From assembly GCA_963787835.1 (NCBI GenBank), contig CAWBEI010000003.1:320001-384000 (forward strand): a stretch of 64,000 bases of DNA. Direction: 5' to 3'. The notes under the pieces were generated by a model, which did no database searches, had not been told where the DNA came from, and saw nothing but the letters and a program-made list of their open reading frames with translations. The first letter of the stretch is position 1. Each line of letters opens with the position of its first letter. This document shows, piece by piece, positions 1 to 10,092 of this stretch. The position numbers and the translations under genes were made by a program. The stretch is from Ignavibacteriota bacterium (GTDB lineage: Bacteria; Bacteroidota; Ignavibacteria; Palsa-1295).

Positions 1-212
1 TACTCAATGCAAATAATAGCGGCGGTGATACCTCGGTATTTCAGATCGTCGATCTCGATACCATGACAACCAAGATATCTCCGCACTATCTTCAGATCAA
101 GATCAAGCCCGGAACACCAAGTGGAACATATAACGCGTGGTATGCATACTGGGCCGTCGATCATTTAGGCGGAACCGACAGAGATACTCTCCAGATCTCT
201 GCAAAATTTTAA
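1..212 (+). CDS. 3' end of a hypothetical protein (partial, runs off the window start)
   Basis: Open frame from nt 3 (LNANNSGGDTSVFQIVD...RDTLQISAKF) ending TAA at 210-212; not in the ORF track because the start is missing. Confidence 0.6.
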   Translation, partial: LNANNSGGDTSVFQIVDLDTMTTKISPHYLQIKIKPGTPSGTYNAWYAYWAVDHLGGTDRDTLQISAKF

Positions 213-238
213 CGGATAGACAAATTCAAACTTTTGCT

Positions 239-1069
239 CTATTTGCCCTGAACGCGCGATTTAAAATGCTTCCGAAACCGCTCGGCTGACCATAGACAAA
301 CATCCCACAGATCGGCCGTAGGCTCGCCGGTTGCCGGAACTGTGTGCATATACGTAGGAGGGCCATACTCTGGAACGAAGGTCAGCGTTTTTTCACCTCG
401 CACAAGATGGGCTGCAATGATCTGATCCCACCATGATTCGTGCTTATGCACCCTGTCTTTCCATTCATCGGCTCGAGGATCAGGCACTTGCGGACCGTTC
501 TCAAACCCGACCCGCCCGTGTAAATGGATCGCGCGTCTGGCGGCGATGGCAAGCGCTTCGCTGTGATCTTCAAGCATGGATTCCGTGACGACACACCAAT
601 GGCTGAAATCGGCATTGATATGAAGATCGGGCAATTCTCGAAGAAGCACCATCGTGTTCATAGGAGAATATAATGGACGTCGCCTGTGTGTTTCGTGAGC
701 GATCGGAATCCCCAATTCTTCTTCAACACGTAGGGCTTGTTCAAAAAAACGAATGGTCTTACCAAAACTCATCGTATCGCGACCGGCATGTGCCACGATC
801 CTCAGCGGATCGTATTTCATCGCCTCACCAACTCTGCGCCGGAGTTCTTCTCCATGATCCTGACTCTCGGTGTAAACAATGGCGGTGTATTCCAGACCGT
901 GGTCGTGAAGCAATTGTTGGAATACTTCGGGAGTAACCGCATTACTTCCTGTGCCAATATCCTGCGGAGCATTTTCAACACCCTGATAGCCTGCCGCACG
1001 TATCCGCGCAAATTGTTCTTCGATTGGGCCCGTCATGCCCCAGAGCGATTTATAGATTTTTAAGTCCAT
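239..1069 (-). CDS. Sugar-phosphate isomerase/epimerase, xylose-isomerase-like TIM barrel (AP endonuclease 2 fold)
   Basis: 276 aa; HETHR, DFSHW, HLHGRVG and PEYGP metal-binding motifs typical of this TIM-barrel family. Confidence 0.8.
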   Translation of the reverse strand: MDLKIYKSLWGMTGPIEEQFARIRAAGYQGVENAPQDIGTGSNAVTPEVFQQLLHDHGLEYTAIVYTESQDHGEELRRRVGEAMKYDPLRIVAHAGRDTMSFGKTIRFFEQALRVEEELGIPIAHETHRRRPLYSPMNTMVLLRELPDLHINADFSHWCVVTESMLEDHSEALAIAARRAIHLHGRVGFENGPQVPDPRADEWKDRVHKHESWWDQIIAAHLVRGEKTLTFVPEYGPPTYMHTVPATGEPTADLWDVCLWSAERFRKHFKSRVQGK

Positions 1070-1138
1070 GTCTTTATCTCGATCGTTGATGAATGCGTTG
1101 CTCTAAACATAACCTATTTGAAGGCAGAACTGTTGTCG

Positions 1139-1146
1139 TATTTTTG
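1139..1146 (+). promoter_or_regulatory. Bacteroidota-type -7 promoter element (TAnnTTTG) upstream of the sugar kinase operon
   Basis: TATTTTTG about 85 nt before the ATG at 1231. Confidence 0.5.
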
Positions 1147-1230
1147 TAGGAAACGGCGGTTATTAAATATTAGGATTTCTACCAAAAAATGATACTAAGT
1201 GGCATGAGCGATCATGTTTAGGTTCTAACC

Positions 1231-2199
1231 ATGGAAAAACAACTCGACCTTATAGGAATCGGCGAATGCCTCGCCGAATTTAGCGATATCGGCAGCGATC
1301 AATTCCAGATCGGTTATTCTGGCGATGTACTTAATGCGCTTTCTGCGGCAGGACGGCTCGGCCTCTCCACAGGCTTAATCTCTGCTATTGGTGACGATCC
1401 ATTCACTTCTGGATTGCGCCAAATTCTTGAAGAAGAGAACATTGACCTCTCACATGCCCCAGTGCTCGAAGGCAAGCCAAATGGAGTTTACTTTCTTTCC
1501 ATTGATGCGATGGGTCTTCCATCCTTCCATTTTCTCCGCGATAATTCGGCTGCCCGAGAGATGTTCCGTTGCCAGCCACTCGCTTCGCTTATCGAATATG
1601 TTAAATCTGCGCGGGCGCTACTGTTCTCCTCGATCCCAATGGCGGTTATCAAGGATCGAGATAAACTCTTCGAATTGCTGTGGGCAGTCAAGGGCGAGAC
1701 CATCCTTGCCTTCGATCTCAATATTCGTCGCGTGCTGTGGAAGGATGTAGAGGAACTTGTTGGCTTGCTCGGCTTGCTTGCTCCTCTTTTGGATGTACTG
1801 TTTATTACGAATGAGGATGATACCATCCTTTTCGGCCCGCGCACGGCCGCGGAAGCACTTGCTGATTATACAAAACGAGGGTTTAAGGAGGTTGTCATCC
1901 GTCGTGGCGGATTGCCAACACTGGTAAGCTCCAATGGCGAAAGTTTCGAGGTACCTGTTCCACATGTCGCAAATATCGTCGATACTACGGGGGCCGGTGA
2001 TGCTTTTGACGCGGGCTATATTGCCGCCATGCTTCGGCAACATCTTTCCTACGAGTGTGCATCCGTAGGCAACGCAACGGCTGCCGTCAGCCTTGAATCA
2101 CGTGGAGGCCGTGCCATCGGATTAACAATTGAGGGAGTCGAAAAACTCTATCGTCCGCTTGTGAAATGGGGCACGTTTCATGTTCCAGCTCGTAGGTAA
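1231..2199 (+). CDS. PfkB/ribokinase-family sugar kinase (KdgK-like)
   Basis: IGECLAE N-terminus, GD..N, FDLNIR and DTTGAGDAF PfkB signature. Confidence 0.88.
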   Translation: MEKQLDLIGIGECLAEFSDIGSDQFQIGYSGDVLNALSAAGRLGLSTGLISAIGDDPFTSGLRQILEEENIDLSHAPVLEGKPNGVYFLSIDAMGLPSFHFLRDNSAAREMFRCQPLASLIEYVKSARALLFSSIPMAVIKDRDKLFELLWAVKGETILAFDLNIRRVLWKDVEELVGLLGLLAPLLDVLFITNEDDTILFGPRTAAEALADYTKRGFKEVVIRRGGLPTLVSSNGESFEVPVPHVANIVDTTGAGDAFDAGYIAAMLRQHLSYECASVGNATAAVSLESRGGRAIGLTIEGVEKLYRPLVKWGTFHVPARR

Positions 2200-4501
2200 C
2201 GCGCCGCGCATGATCGGTCATGCGCATCTCGATCCGGCATGGATGTGGCGCATGCCGGAAGGCTTAGAAGCATTCGCCGCTACCTGCCGATCGGCTCTCG
2301 ACCGAATTGAGGAATTTCCTGGATTTATTTTTACGGCATCCAGCGCCGCGCATTATGCGTTTGTCGAGGAAACCGATCCGGAATTATTTTCAAGAATTCA
2401 GCAGGCTGTAAAACAAGACCGATGGGCGATAGTTGGAGGATGGTGGGTTGAGCCTGATTGTAATCTGCCAAGTGGTGAAAGTTTTGTTCGGCAAGCATTA
2501 CTTGGGCAACGGTATTTTCAATCTCGCTTTGGAAAGATCGCAACTGTTGGATATAATATCGATAGTTTTGGGCACAACGCAAATCTTCCACAATTGCTTA
2601 GCAAGGCAGGACTAAAATCTTATGTGTTCATGCGTCCTCAGCAGGAGGAAAAACGGCTTGGAGCAGCCTTATTCCGATGGGAGTCGCCGAGCGGAGATCG
2701 AGTAGCAACCTATCGGCTTCCTCTTCACTATTCGAATTGGTTGCATTCGGTTCGCGAGAAGCTCCGGTTACTCCCCTCGTATGAACTTTTCAACCAGGAA
2801 CAACCCTGGATGATCTTTTTCGGTGTTGGGAACCACGGCGGTGGGCCAACGATCGCGCAGCTTCGCGAGATCGAATCCATTCGAAGCGAAGGACAAGCCG
2901 TCGAATATAGTGATCCAGATCGGTTCTTTGCTAATATTGACAGAAACTCTCTTCCCGTTATTAGCGGCGACATGCAACCTCACGCGATCGGTTGTTACAG
3001 CGCCCATAGTGAGATCAAGCGTTTGAACCGTCTCGCCGAGAACACACTTGGACAGGCCGAAGCCGCTCTTGTCTTGCTCAAACTTGTTTTTAATGAGGAC
3101 GCAGCAAAAGAATCACTCCAGCAAGCATGGAAAAATGTTTGCTTTAATCAGTTCCACGATATTCTTGGGGGCGTTGCGATCAAGGAAGCCTGCGACGATG
3201 CGATCACGATGTATAGAGAAGCCATTTCTATTGCCCAGCGCACCATCCGCACGACTTTGCAAAAAATTGCCTCACAGATCGATACCCACGCTCATATCGA
3301 AAATCTTGTCGTATTTAATTTAAGTGCACACGCGAGAGAAGAATGCATCGAATTCGAACTCTGGCATCCAGAGGCAAGTGAGTGCGGTGACATTTTAGCA
3401 TCTGTTAATCTCGTTACAACGAATGGTGAGAAGATTCTGACGCAAAAGATCGAAGCTTCTGGCAAGATCGGTGAAGACCGCGTAAGATTTACTGGAACGG
3501 TAAGCGTCCCTCCGCTCGGATGGAGCACATTTGGGATCGAACGTTCTTTCGAGAAGGAAGCTGAAACAGTACGAGACGTGAAGTTACCATCCTTCTACTC
3601 TCCTGCGATCATTTTTCATGATGATTCTGATACGTGGTCGCATGGCATTCATTCCTTCACTGATTACGAATCCGAATTTGAAGTCAAGTCGGTTCAGATT
3701 ATCGAATGCGGCCCTGTTCGTTCCGGTATTCGTGTTAAAAGCAAAGCGCGGTCATCGCGAATGGAAGAAGAACTATATTTCGAGAACGGAAGCAATATCG
3801 TCAATCTAAGAATATTCCTCGACTGGCATGAACAGCATCGGATGGTAAAAATGCGTTTTCGACATGGATGCGCAGACCCCGTCGCTCATTATGAAATTCC
3901 GTACGCATGGATCGAACGCCCCATTGGACCATATGAATATCCTGGACAATCCTGGCTCGATGTTTCCGAGCGCGATCATTCACGAGGGTTTGCGATCATC
4001 ACGGATTCGAAATATAGTTATTCGGTCGATAAAGAGTATGTCTATATTATTGCTGCTCGAAGCCCACTCTATGCCCACCATGTTCCGCCGCATGAAATGA
4101 GAACCGGCGAACGAGAACGGTATCAGGATCAGGATGAGCAGGAATTTCGAATCCTCCTGATACCCCATAATGGTGAATGGAGTGGCGAGAATATTTCTCG
4201 CCTTCAAAACCCGCTTGTCGTTCATTCAGAATCAGGACATAAAGGTAAACTTCCAAAAACATTTGCCGGACTTGAGCGAAACAGCACCGCTGTGCATGTT
4301 GGAGCGCTGAAAATGGCAGAAGATAGTCATGGGATCATTCTACGAGCCGTGGAACAAGCAGGAGAGACAAGTGAAGCCACGATCAGATTTCCAACGCTTG
4401 GCACCGAATGCCGAACAACTTTCTCTCCATTCGAAATAAAAACGTTCCTTTTTGAGGGTCCGCGCGTTACCGAAGTCGATCTTCTCGAGCGTCCAATATG
4501 A
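2180..4501 (+). CDS. Glycoside hydrolase family 38 alpha-mannosidase (cytoplasmic, no signal peptide)
   Basis: HAHLDPAWMW, GGWWVEPDCNLPSGES, DSFGH, NQFHDILGG and C-terminal LKMAED...FEIKT motifs of GH38. Confidence 0.92.
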   Translation: MFQLVGNAPRMIGHAHLDPAWMWRMPEGLEAFAATCRSALDRIEEFPGFIFTASSAAHYAFVEETDPELFSRIQQAVKQDRWAIVGGWWVEPDCNLPSGESFVRQALLGQRYFQSRFGKIATVGYNIDSFGHNANLPQLLSKAGLKSYVFMRPQQEEKRLGAALFRWESPSGDRVATYRLPLHYSNWLHSVREKLRLLPSYELFNQEQPWMIFFGVGNHGGGPTIAQLREIESIRSEGQAVEYSDPDRFFANIDRNSLPVISGDMQPHAIGCYSAHSEIKRLNRLAENTLGQAEAALVLLKLVFNEDAAKESLQQAWKNVCFNQFHDILGGVAIKEACDDAITMYREAISIAQRTIRTTLQKIASQIDTHAHIENLVVFNLSAHAREECIEFELWHPEASECGDILASVNLVTTNGEKILTQKIEASGKIGEDRVRFTGTVSVPPLGWSTFGIERSFEKEAETVRDVKLPSFYSPAIIFHDDSDTWSHGIHSFTDYESEFEVKSVQIIECGPVRSGIRVKSKARSSRMEEELYFENGSNIVNLRIFLDWHEQHRMVKMRFRHGCADPVAHYEIPYAWIERPIGPYEYPGQSWLDVSERDHSRGFAIITDSKYSYSVDKEYVYIIAARSPLYAHHVPPHEMRTGERERYQDQDEQEFRILLIPHNGEWSGENISRLQNPLVVHSESGHKGKLPKTFAGLERNSTAVHVGALKMAEDSHGIILRAVEQAGETSEATIRFPTLGTECRTTFSPFEIKTFLFEGPRVTEVDLLERPI

Positions 4502-5850
4502 GGGCTGTAATTGGTATCGATATTGGTTCTTCCGCGATTAAGGCGGTTCTGTTCGACACGGAGGGTATGCTCGAACTTCATTCCGAACATAGAGCACTCA
4601 ACTCTCGAATAGCCGACACTCTTCAGAGTCATTTTGAAGAGAATCCCAAGCTCGTTCGTGCTCAAGTGTTCGACATTCTTCGTTCGTTCGCTCGATTTGC
4701 TCGCGAGAGTGCAATCACAATTGAGGCAATCGCATTCACGGGTCAAATGCATGGCGGCCTGCTCGTCGATGCTAATCTTGACCCGGTAACAAACTTCATC
4801 ACCTGGCAGGATAAACGCGGGGATGAACCTTACGCCCGAAAAAAAAGCTTTGTTGAGAAATTGCGAGCATCCGCTCTAAGTGATCCAACCGGAGTTGGTA
4901 TTCACACAGGATTTTTAATTTCGACATTATTTTGGCTAAAACAGCAGGAAAAAATTCCTTCTCGGACCCAATACGTCCTCGGCATTTACGATTGGCTGAC
5001 AAGCATCCTCGTCGGACGACCAGTCACTGATATATCAAGTGCAGCGGCTTGGGGTATGTTTGACCCGATCGCCAAGGCCTGGCGGACAGACCTCCTGGAT
5101 CTCGCAGGAATTCCTTCATCGCTCTTACCAGATGTTGTAGAGCCGGGCATCGATCTTGGAACTATATCCGCCGCGGTCACGGAGGAACTTGGCTTGACTC
5201 AGGGCATTCACATTCATGCTTCGATCGGCGATACGCAAGCGGCCTATCTTGGCTCTGAATGTAAACCGAATGAGATCCTTCTAAATTTTGGAACCGGCTC
5301 TCAAAGTATGTGGGAAACAACGCGCCTCGAAGCAACTCTGGGCATTGACATTCGCTATCTCCGAAATGGGAGCTATATAGCATGTGCTTCGACGCTGGCT
5401 GGTGGCGAGGCCTATCGCATAGCCGCAAACTTCTTGATGGAAGTTGTTAAACAGTTTACATCGAATGAGATACCGCTCCCCCGGACCCTTGAGATAATGG
5501 ATCGGCTGGCACTGATTTCCAATTCTGACGGAATGACGATTGATCCGATCTTCCGAGGCAGCAAATTTCGAGCGAACTCCGATCGAGGGTCGATTCTTGG
5601 GGTTAGCTCTGATAATTTACATCCTGGCGCGGTCGTTCGAGCACTTGCAGAAGGAATGATCGAAGAGGTCGCTGCTCCGTATTTCAATCGCAATGAAAAC
5701 CAACAATTTGTCGGGATTGTAGGCGAAGGAAGTGGTTTTCGGCGGAATCCTGCTCTTCAGGCTATTGCTCAGGCTCGGTTTGGTCTTCCGATCCGTACTG
5801 GGCGATTTGAAGAGGGTGCGGCTGTTGGGGCAGCAATGTTATGCCTTTAA
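4498..5850 (+). CDS. FGGY-family carbohydrate kinase (sedoheptulokinase/xylulokinase-like)
   Basis: IGIDIGSSAIKA, TGQMHG, ITWQD, GDTQAA, NFGTGSQ, EGAAVGAA. Confidence 0.87.
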   Translation: MRAVIGIDIGSSAIKAVLFDTEGMLELHSEHRALNSRIADTLQSHFEENPKLVRAQVFDILRSFARFARESAITIEAIAFTGQMHGGLLVDANLDPVTNFITWQDKRGDEPYARKKSFVEKLRASALSDPTGVGIHTGFLISTLFWLKQQEKIPSRTQYVLGIYDWLTSILVGRPVTDISSAAAWGMFDPIAKAWRTDLLDLAGIPSSLLPDVVEPGIDLGTISAAVTEELGLTQGIHIHASIGDTQAAYLGSECKPNEILLNFGTGSQSMWETTRLEATLGIDIRYLRNGSYIACASTLAGGEAYRIAANFLMEVVKQFTSNEIPLPRTLEIMDRLALISNSDGMTIDPIFRGSKFRANSDRGSILGVSSDNLHPGAVVRALAEGMIEEVAAPYFNRNENQQFVGIVGEGSGFRRNPALQAIAQARFGLPIRTGRFEEGAAVGAAMLCL

Positions 5851-5919
5851 TCAGATAAGTTGAATGCCCAGCAAATGACCAAAAAAGTCGAAATTCAAGC
5901 GGAGAGACAATTTTTCTCG

Positions 5920-5927
5920 TATTTTTG
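5920..5927 (+). promoter_or_regulatory. TAnnTTTG -7 promoter element upstream of the DUF4397 gene
   Basis: TATTTTTG about 155 nt before the start codon. Confidence 0.5.
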
Positions 5928-6082
5928 CAAGTCAGTTTTGAATCCTAACCGTAACAACGTAAAAAAATCGGCGCTGTCGCTACTTTCATGGGCGTCATGT
6001 GTTCTTGATATCAAACCCTTTTGCGTAACGGGACCATCAATTTTTTAGCACCGATCTTTCTAAGTTCACGTTGAGTTCATAT

Positions 6083-7744
6083 ATGAAGCGATTCCATTTC
6101 TCATTATCGATCACGGCTTTTTTTTTGGTTACAGCACTTTCGGTAATCGGCTGCAAGGCCCCAACGGTCGATTACCAGCTTTCTCAATTCGCCACCTTGC
6201 GCGTCATGAATTTTTCGCCCAATTGTACGGCGCCGATGGACGTATTTTGGACACTTGCCGGGCAGGCTCGGGCTCCTCAGGCCAATGTTTATAACCTCCA
6301 GTATGGTGCAGCAAGCGTTTATACTAATCTACTTCAGGCTGGCAATTACAATGTTCTTGTCACTCCCCACCTGATCCCGACTGAAAGCGACTTGATGACT
6401 AACATTACCCTTGCTGCGAATCAAAAATATACATTAGTCATCACAAGGCCTACTCAGTCTGGAGCATTCAATACAGCTCTGATACAGGATGGGGTATCTA
6501 ACCCATCTCCGACCCTCACCTACGTTCGCTTCATGAATTTGCAGCCCGGGGTTGGGCCGCTCACGGTTCACGTGAATGATCCCATTACAGGAGCCCAGAT
6601 TAATCCGGTTGCCGACACCTTTGGTCAGGTCAGCTCTTACGTTACTCTGGGTACTGCTCTCGATACCAGCTATACGTTCTTTGTCACAAATTCAAGCAAT
6701 CAGGTCATTGCGCGTCTTGGGTATCAAACATTTACTGCCGGGAATTGCTATAGTTTGGTCTATGCTGGGGATCTGTGTAACACCGTTTTAAATAACCCTG
6801 CCCACAGTACCCAAAGTTCTGACGACACGCTTCGTCTTCGCGCCTTCGACGATAACTCATTGGGAAATGACTTGACTAACCCCGTTACTGCCTCATTCCG
6901 GTATAATATTGTTAATGGCATTGCACCGTTGAATCAGGCTGGGGCTGCCCAAGAGTATTACGATGCTCAACACCCTAATGATACTACACTCGGATTTCTC
7001 GTGAACGGGCAGGGATTCCCAGAATTTTATGGGTATTCCATTCCACCCGTGCCTGCCTTCCGGGGTGGTGGCGAAAATGTTGGTACCTTCGTCAACGGAG
7101 CCCTTGAGGTAAATTACCAAAGTGCCATTGTCCCGAATCCTCTTGTCGTTCAAGCATTTGCAACAAACGCCAATGGCACGTATCAGCAATCTGCTTTCTC
7201 CGCCGGGGGCACGACATACCCACTGAGTGAAACTCCTCTGCTATCAAGCAGTGGATGGAACAAGCCATATACCTTGCTCTTTTACGACACAGTGCCAACT
7301 CCATGGTCTAATTTGGATTCAACTGCAACTTCGAAATTTGAGCTAATTCCGATACCAGATGTATCCAACCCTAACGCTGCTACCATTGTGTTCATCTGTG
7401 GCATCATTCCTCAGAATCCTAATAAATCAACGACTGCCAACTATACCAGTTGGTGGGCAACTAATGCGAGCAATAGCACCACTTATGTTCCACCGAGCAA
7501 TGCACAGAAAGGTCTTTCCAGCGGTCATTCCTCTACGTTAACCATTCCCATTACCGCTGGTTCCACTGCTCAACTGGATGTAATTGACTCGATCGGTGAA
7601 GGTGGATCGGCCACGAACGTGCGAGTTCCAGGTAATTCAACGAGCTTTACAGCCCAGGCCGGTGGAATCTACGAGATCATAAGCTTGGGGACTAAGGTTA
7701 ACCCTCACCTGCTTATCATGCATGTAAACGCAAATCAGCAATAG
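6083..7744 (+). CDS. DUF4397-like repeat-domain lipoprotein
   Basis: Signal peptide with lipobox VIGC; LRVMNFSPN and VRFMNLQPG repeats typical of DUF4397; Thr/Asn/Ser-rich beta content. The ATG at 6083 is preferred over the TTG at 6071. Confidence 0.7.
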   Translation: MKRFHFSLSITAFFLVTALSVIGCKAPTVDYQLSQFATLRVMNFSPNCTAPMDVFWTLAGQARAPQANVYNLQYGAASVYTNLLQAGNYNVLVTPHLIPTESDLMTNITLAANQKYTLVITRPTQSGAFNTALIQDGVSNPSPTLTYVRFMNLQPGVGPLTVHVNDPITGAQINPVADTFGQVSSYVTLGTALDTSYTFFVTNSSNQVIARLGYQTFTAGNCYSLVYAGDLCNTVLNNPAHSTQSSDDTLRLRAFDDNSLGNDLTNPVTASFRYNIVNGIAPLNQAGAAQEYYDAQHPNDTTLGFLVNGQGFPEFYGYSIPPVPAFRGGGENVGTFVNGALEVNYQSAIVPNPLVVQAFATNANGTYQQSAFSAGGTTYPLSETPLLSSSGWNKPYTLLFYDTVPTPWSNLDSTATSKFELIPIPDVSNPNAATIVFICGIIPQNPNKSTTANYTSWWATNASNSTTYVPPSNAQKGLSSGHSSTLTIPITAGSTAQLDVIDSIGEGGSATNVRVPGNSTSFTAQAGGIYEIISLGTKVNPHLLIMHVNANQQ

Positions 7745-7765
7745 GATTACCAATAAGATAGTGTT

Positions 7766-7800
7766 TCAAAAGCCGGGTTCCATCCCGGCTTTTGACATTT
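7766..7800 (+). terminator. Rho-independent terminator
   Basis: TCAAAAGCCGGG-ttccat-CCCGGCTTTTGA hairpin with T tracts. Confidence 0.8.
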
Positions 7801-7804
7801 TAGG

Positions 7805-8485
7805 ATGGACGAATGTTATCCTAATATGGTACCCATAGATTTTGCACTCCTCCTGCTTGGTGGCTTTCTCGGAGAGGAAGTATTACCCACTCTCGAATGG
7901 ACGGCTGGTTCCAAGTTGATCGTCTCCGCCGATAGCGGCGCCGAGCATGCCCGAAAACTTGGACTTCAAGTCAATACCATCATCGGCGACCTCGATTCCA
8001 TCTCTCCAGAAACCCTCCGATTTTTCGAGGATCAGAAAAATCCCAGATGTGTGATTATTCAAGTGCCCGAACAAGAGCATAATGACTTCGAAAAAGCCCT
8101 TAACTATCTGTCTGAGCGATGGAACGGTGCCGTTCGCATTCTCGGAATGACTGACGGGCGCACCGATCATACCCTCTCCAACCTTAGCGTCATGCTCCGA
8201 TATTCCGATAAATTTTCGAGCATCGAAGCCTTCGATGGCGAGTTCATTCATTCCTTTCTCACTACCAAGCATAATCATCGTTCCATCGAGTGCCCCATTG
8301 GCACCACCATTTCACTTATGCCTTATGGAGAAGCTATCGGCGTTACCACCGAAAATCTCCGATATCCACTCTCAAAAGAAACCCTCCGCCTCGGCGAGCG
8401 TGAAGGGCTCAGCAATATATCTACCGCTTCGCCCGTCTCTATCTCGATAGAAAGCGGGGCATTATTAATTAGTATTAAACAGTAA
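7805..8485 (+). CDS. thiN: Thiamine pyrophosphokinase
   Basis: ADSGA, IGDLDS, EQEHNDFEKAL, GRTDHTLSN, NLRYPL, GLSN motifs. Confidence 0.9.
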   Translation: MDECYPNMVPIDFALLLLGGFLGEEVLPTLEWTAGSKLIVSADSGAEHARKLGLQVNTIIGDLDSISPETLRFFEDQKNPRCVIIQVPEQEHNDFEKALNYLSERWNGAVRILGMTDGRTDHTLSNLSVMLRYSDKFSSIEAFDGEFIHSFLTTKHNHRSIECPIGTTISLMPYGEAIGVTTENLRYPLSKETLRLGEREGLSNISTASPVSISIESGALLISIKQ

Positions 8486-8487
8486 AT

Positions 8488-8565
8488 TGTCATTCCCGCG
8501 AAAGCGGGAATCCAGACACCGCAGAAGTAGTAACCCGATGGATTCCCGCTTTCGCGGGAATGACA
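8488..8565. repeat. REP doublet (CGTC/TGTC-tagged palindrome family, GTCATTCCCGCGAAAGCGGGAATCCA)
   Basis: Perfect 27 bp inverted repeats 8488-8514 and 8539-8565, each self-palindromic, with a 24 nt spacer. Confidence 0.9.
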
Positions 8566-8642
8566 TATTAAAATCGTTATCCATACTTCAAATTCACGTT
8601 TTAGAAGTCAAGGCACAATCGCCCGTTCATCTGCGTTTCCCC

Positions 8643-8690
8643 AATCCTGTTTTTAATCCTGTTCATCCTGTAAATCGTGGTCAATCCTAT
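8643..8690. repeat. AATCCTG...AATCGTGGTCA dispersed repeat copy
   Basis: aatcctgtttttaatcctgttcatcctgtaaatcgtggtcaatcc; same motif family as 10768-10872 and 62880-63092. Confidence 0.7.
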
Positions 8691-8701
8691 AAATCTCAGT
8701 C

Positions 8702-10048
8702 ATGTTTGAATCACTATCCTCCCGTTTCGAGGACGTCTATAAAAAAATTCGCGGCCATGCACGGCTGACAGAAAGCAACGTCGCCGATATTGCCCGCGAT
8801 CTGCGCCGCACCTTGCTCGACGCCGACGTCAATTACAAGGTCGCCAAGAAATTCGTTGACGATGTGCAGGCCAAGGCGCTCGGCGCCGACGTGCTCCGTT
8901 CTATCAACCCGGAGCAGCAGTTCATCAAGATCCTCTATGACGAACTCGTCCTCATCATGGGCGAGACCTCGAAGGACATTGGCTTTGCACCGCAGCCGCC
9001 GACCATCATCATGGTCTGCGGATTGCAAGGTTCCGGTAAAACGACGTTTTCCGCCAAACTTGCTAATCTTCTCAAAGCGAAGAACCGCAAGCCGTTGCTT
9101 ATCGCTGCCGATATTTATCGCCCCGCCGCTATCGAGCAGTTGAAATTGCTCGGCCTGCAGATCGAGGTTCCCGTTTTTTCCATCGATGGCGAAAAAAATG
9201 CGGTAAAGATCGCCGAAGAAGGTCTCCGTTTCGCTCGCGAACATGCCAACGAAACCATCATCATCGACACTGCCGGACGCCTCACCATCGATGAAGTGAT
9301 GATGCAGGAAGTCGCTGACATTAAATCCCACGTCAAGCCACACGAAATCCTTTTCGTCTGTGATGCGATGATCGGACAGGATGCCGTAACGACGGCCAAG
9401 GCGTTCCACGACAAACTGAAATTCGATGGCGTCGTCCTCACCAAAATGGATGGCGATGCTCGCGGCGGCGCGGCGCTTTCGGTGCGTTCGATTGTCAATG
9501 AGCCGATCAAGTACATTTCGACGGGTGAAAAACTCGATGCCATCGAGCTGTTCCATCCCGACCGCATGGCTTCGCGAATTTTGGGCATGGGCGATGTCGT
9601 GTCGCTCGTCGAAAAGGTCGAGGCGCAGATTTCGGAAGAGGAAGCGAAGAAAGTCGAAGAGAAACTTCGCAAAGCGGAGTTCACCTTCGATGATTTCCTC
9701 ACCCAGCTTGGCCACATCAAAAAGATGGGTTCCATGCGCGATCTGCTTTCCATGATCCCCGGCGTAAATTCCGCGATGCTCGGCGATAACAGCTTCGACG
9801 ACAAAGCCATGGCCCGCGTCGAAGCCATCGTCCATTCGATGACAAAGGACGAACGCCGGTTCCCAAGCCTTCTGAATGGCCCGCGCCGCGCCCGTATTGC
9901 GCTCGGTTCGGGAACCAGCGTCCAGGAGGTGAACCGCTTAGTAAAGCAGTTCACCGAAATGCAGAAAATGATCAAAAAGATGTCGCGCGGTAAAATGTCC
10001 AATCAGGTCAAGGATCTGATGAAAGCCAAAGTGCCGGTGGACGCGTAG
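8702..10048 (+). CDS. ffh: Signal recognition particle protein Ffh
   Basis: GLQGSGKTT, DIYRPAA, DTAGR, TKMDGDARGG, DRMASRILGMGD, M-domain IVHSMT. Confidence 0.98.
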   Translation: MFESLSSRFEDVYKKIRGHARLTESNVADIARDLRRTLLDADVNYKVAKKFVDDVQAKALGADVLRSINPEQQFIKILYDELVLIMGETSKDIGFAPQPPTIIMVCGLQGSGKTTFSAKLANLLKAKNRKPLLIAADIYRPAAIEQLKLLGLQIEVPVFSIDGEKNAVKIAEEGLRFAREHANETIIIDTAGRLTIDEVMMQEVADIKSHVKPHEILFVCDAMIGQDAVTTAKAFHDKLKFDGVVLTKMDGDARGGAALSVRSIVNEPIKYISTGEKLDAIELFHPDRMASRILGMGDVVSLVEKVEAQISEEEAKKVEEKLRKAEFTFDDFLTQLGHIKKMGSMRDLLSMIPGVNSAMLGDNSFDDKAMARVEAIVHSMTKDERRFPSLLNGPRRARIALGSGTSVQEVNRLVKQFTEMQKMIKKMSRGKMSNQVKDLMKAKVPVDA

Positions 10049-10092
10049 CAAAGTGCTGGAATTTTTATCTGCCCTTTCAGAGTTAAGTGTGC

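Noticed and set aside
5985-6040. TPP riboswitch (ACCCTTT, GCGTA and GGGA fragments, with thiN downstream)
   Set aside because: Lacks the CTGAGA and ACCTGA cores, and a terminator separates it from thiN.
8487-8768. Short ORFs over palindromic repeats (also 26172-26366, 29857-30108, 31605-31824, 62852-63055)
   Set aside because: These are translations of repeat DNA (for example MSFPRKRES, CHCEE...DEAIS), not supported as genes.
8714-10002. Long antisense ORFs (373 aa and 295 aa) opposite ffh
   Set aside because: Shadow ORFs caused by codon bias of a conserved gene; no recognisable protein features.
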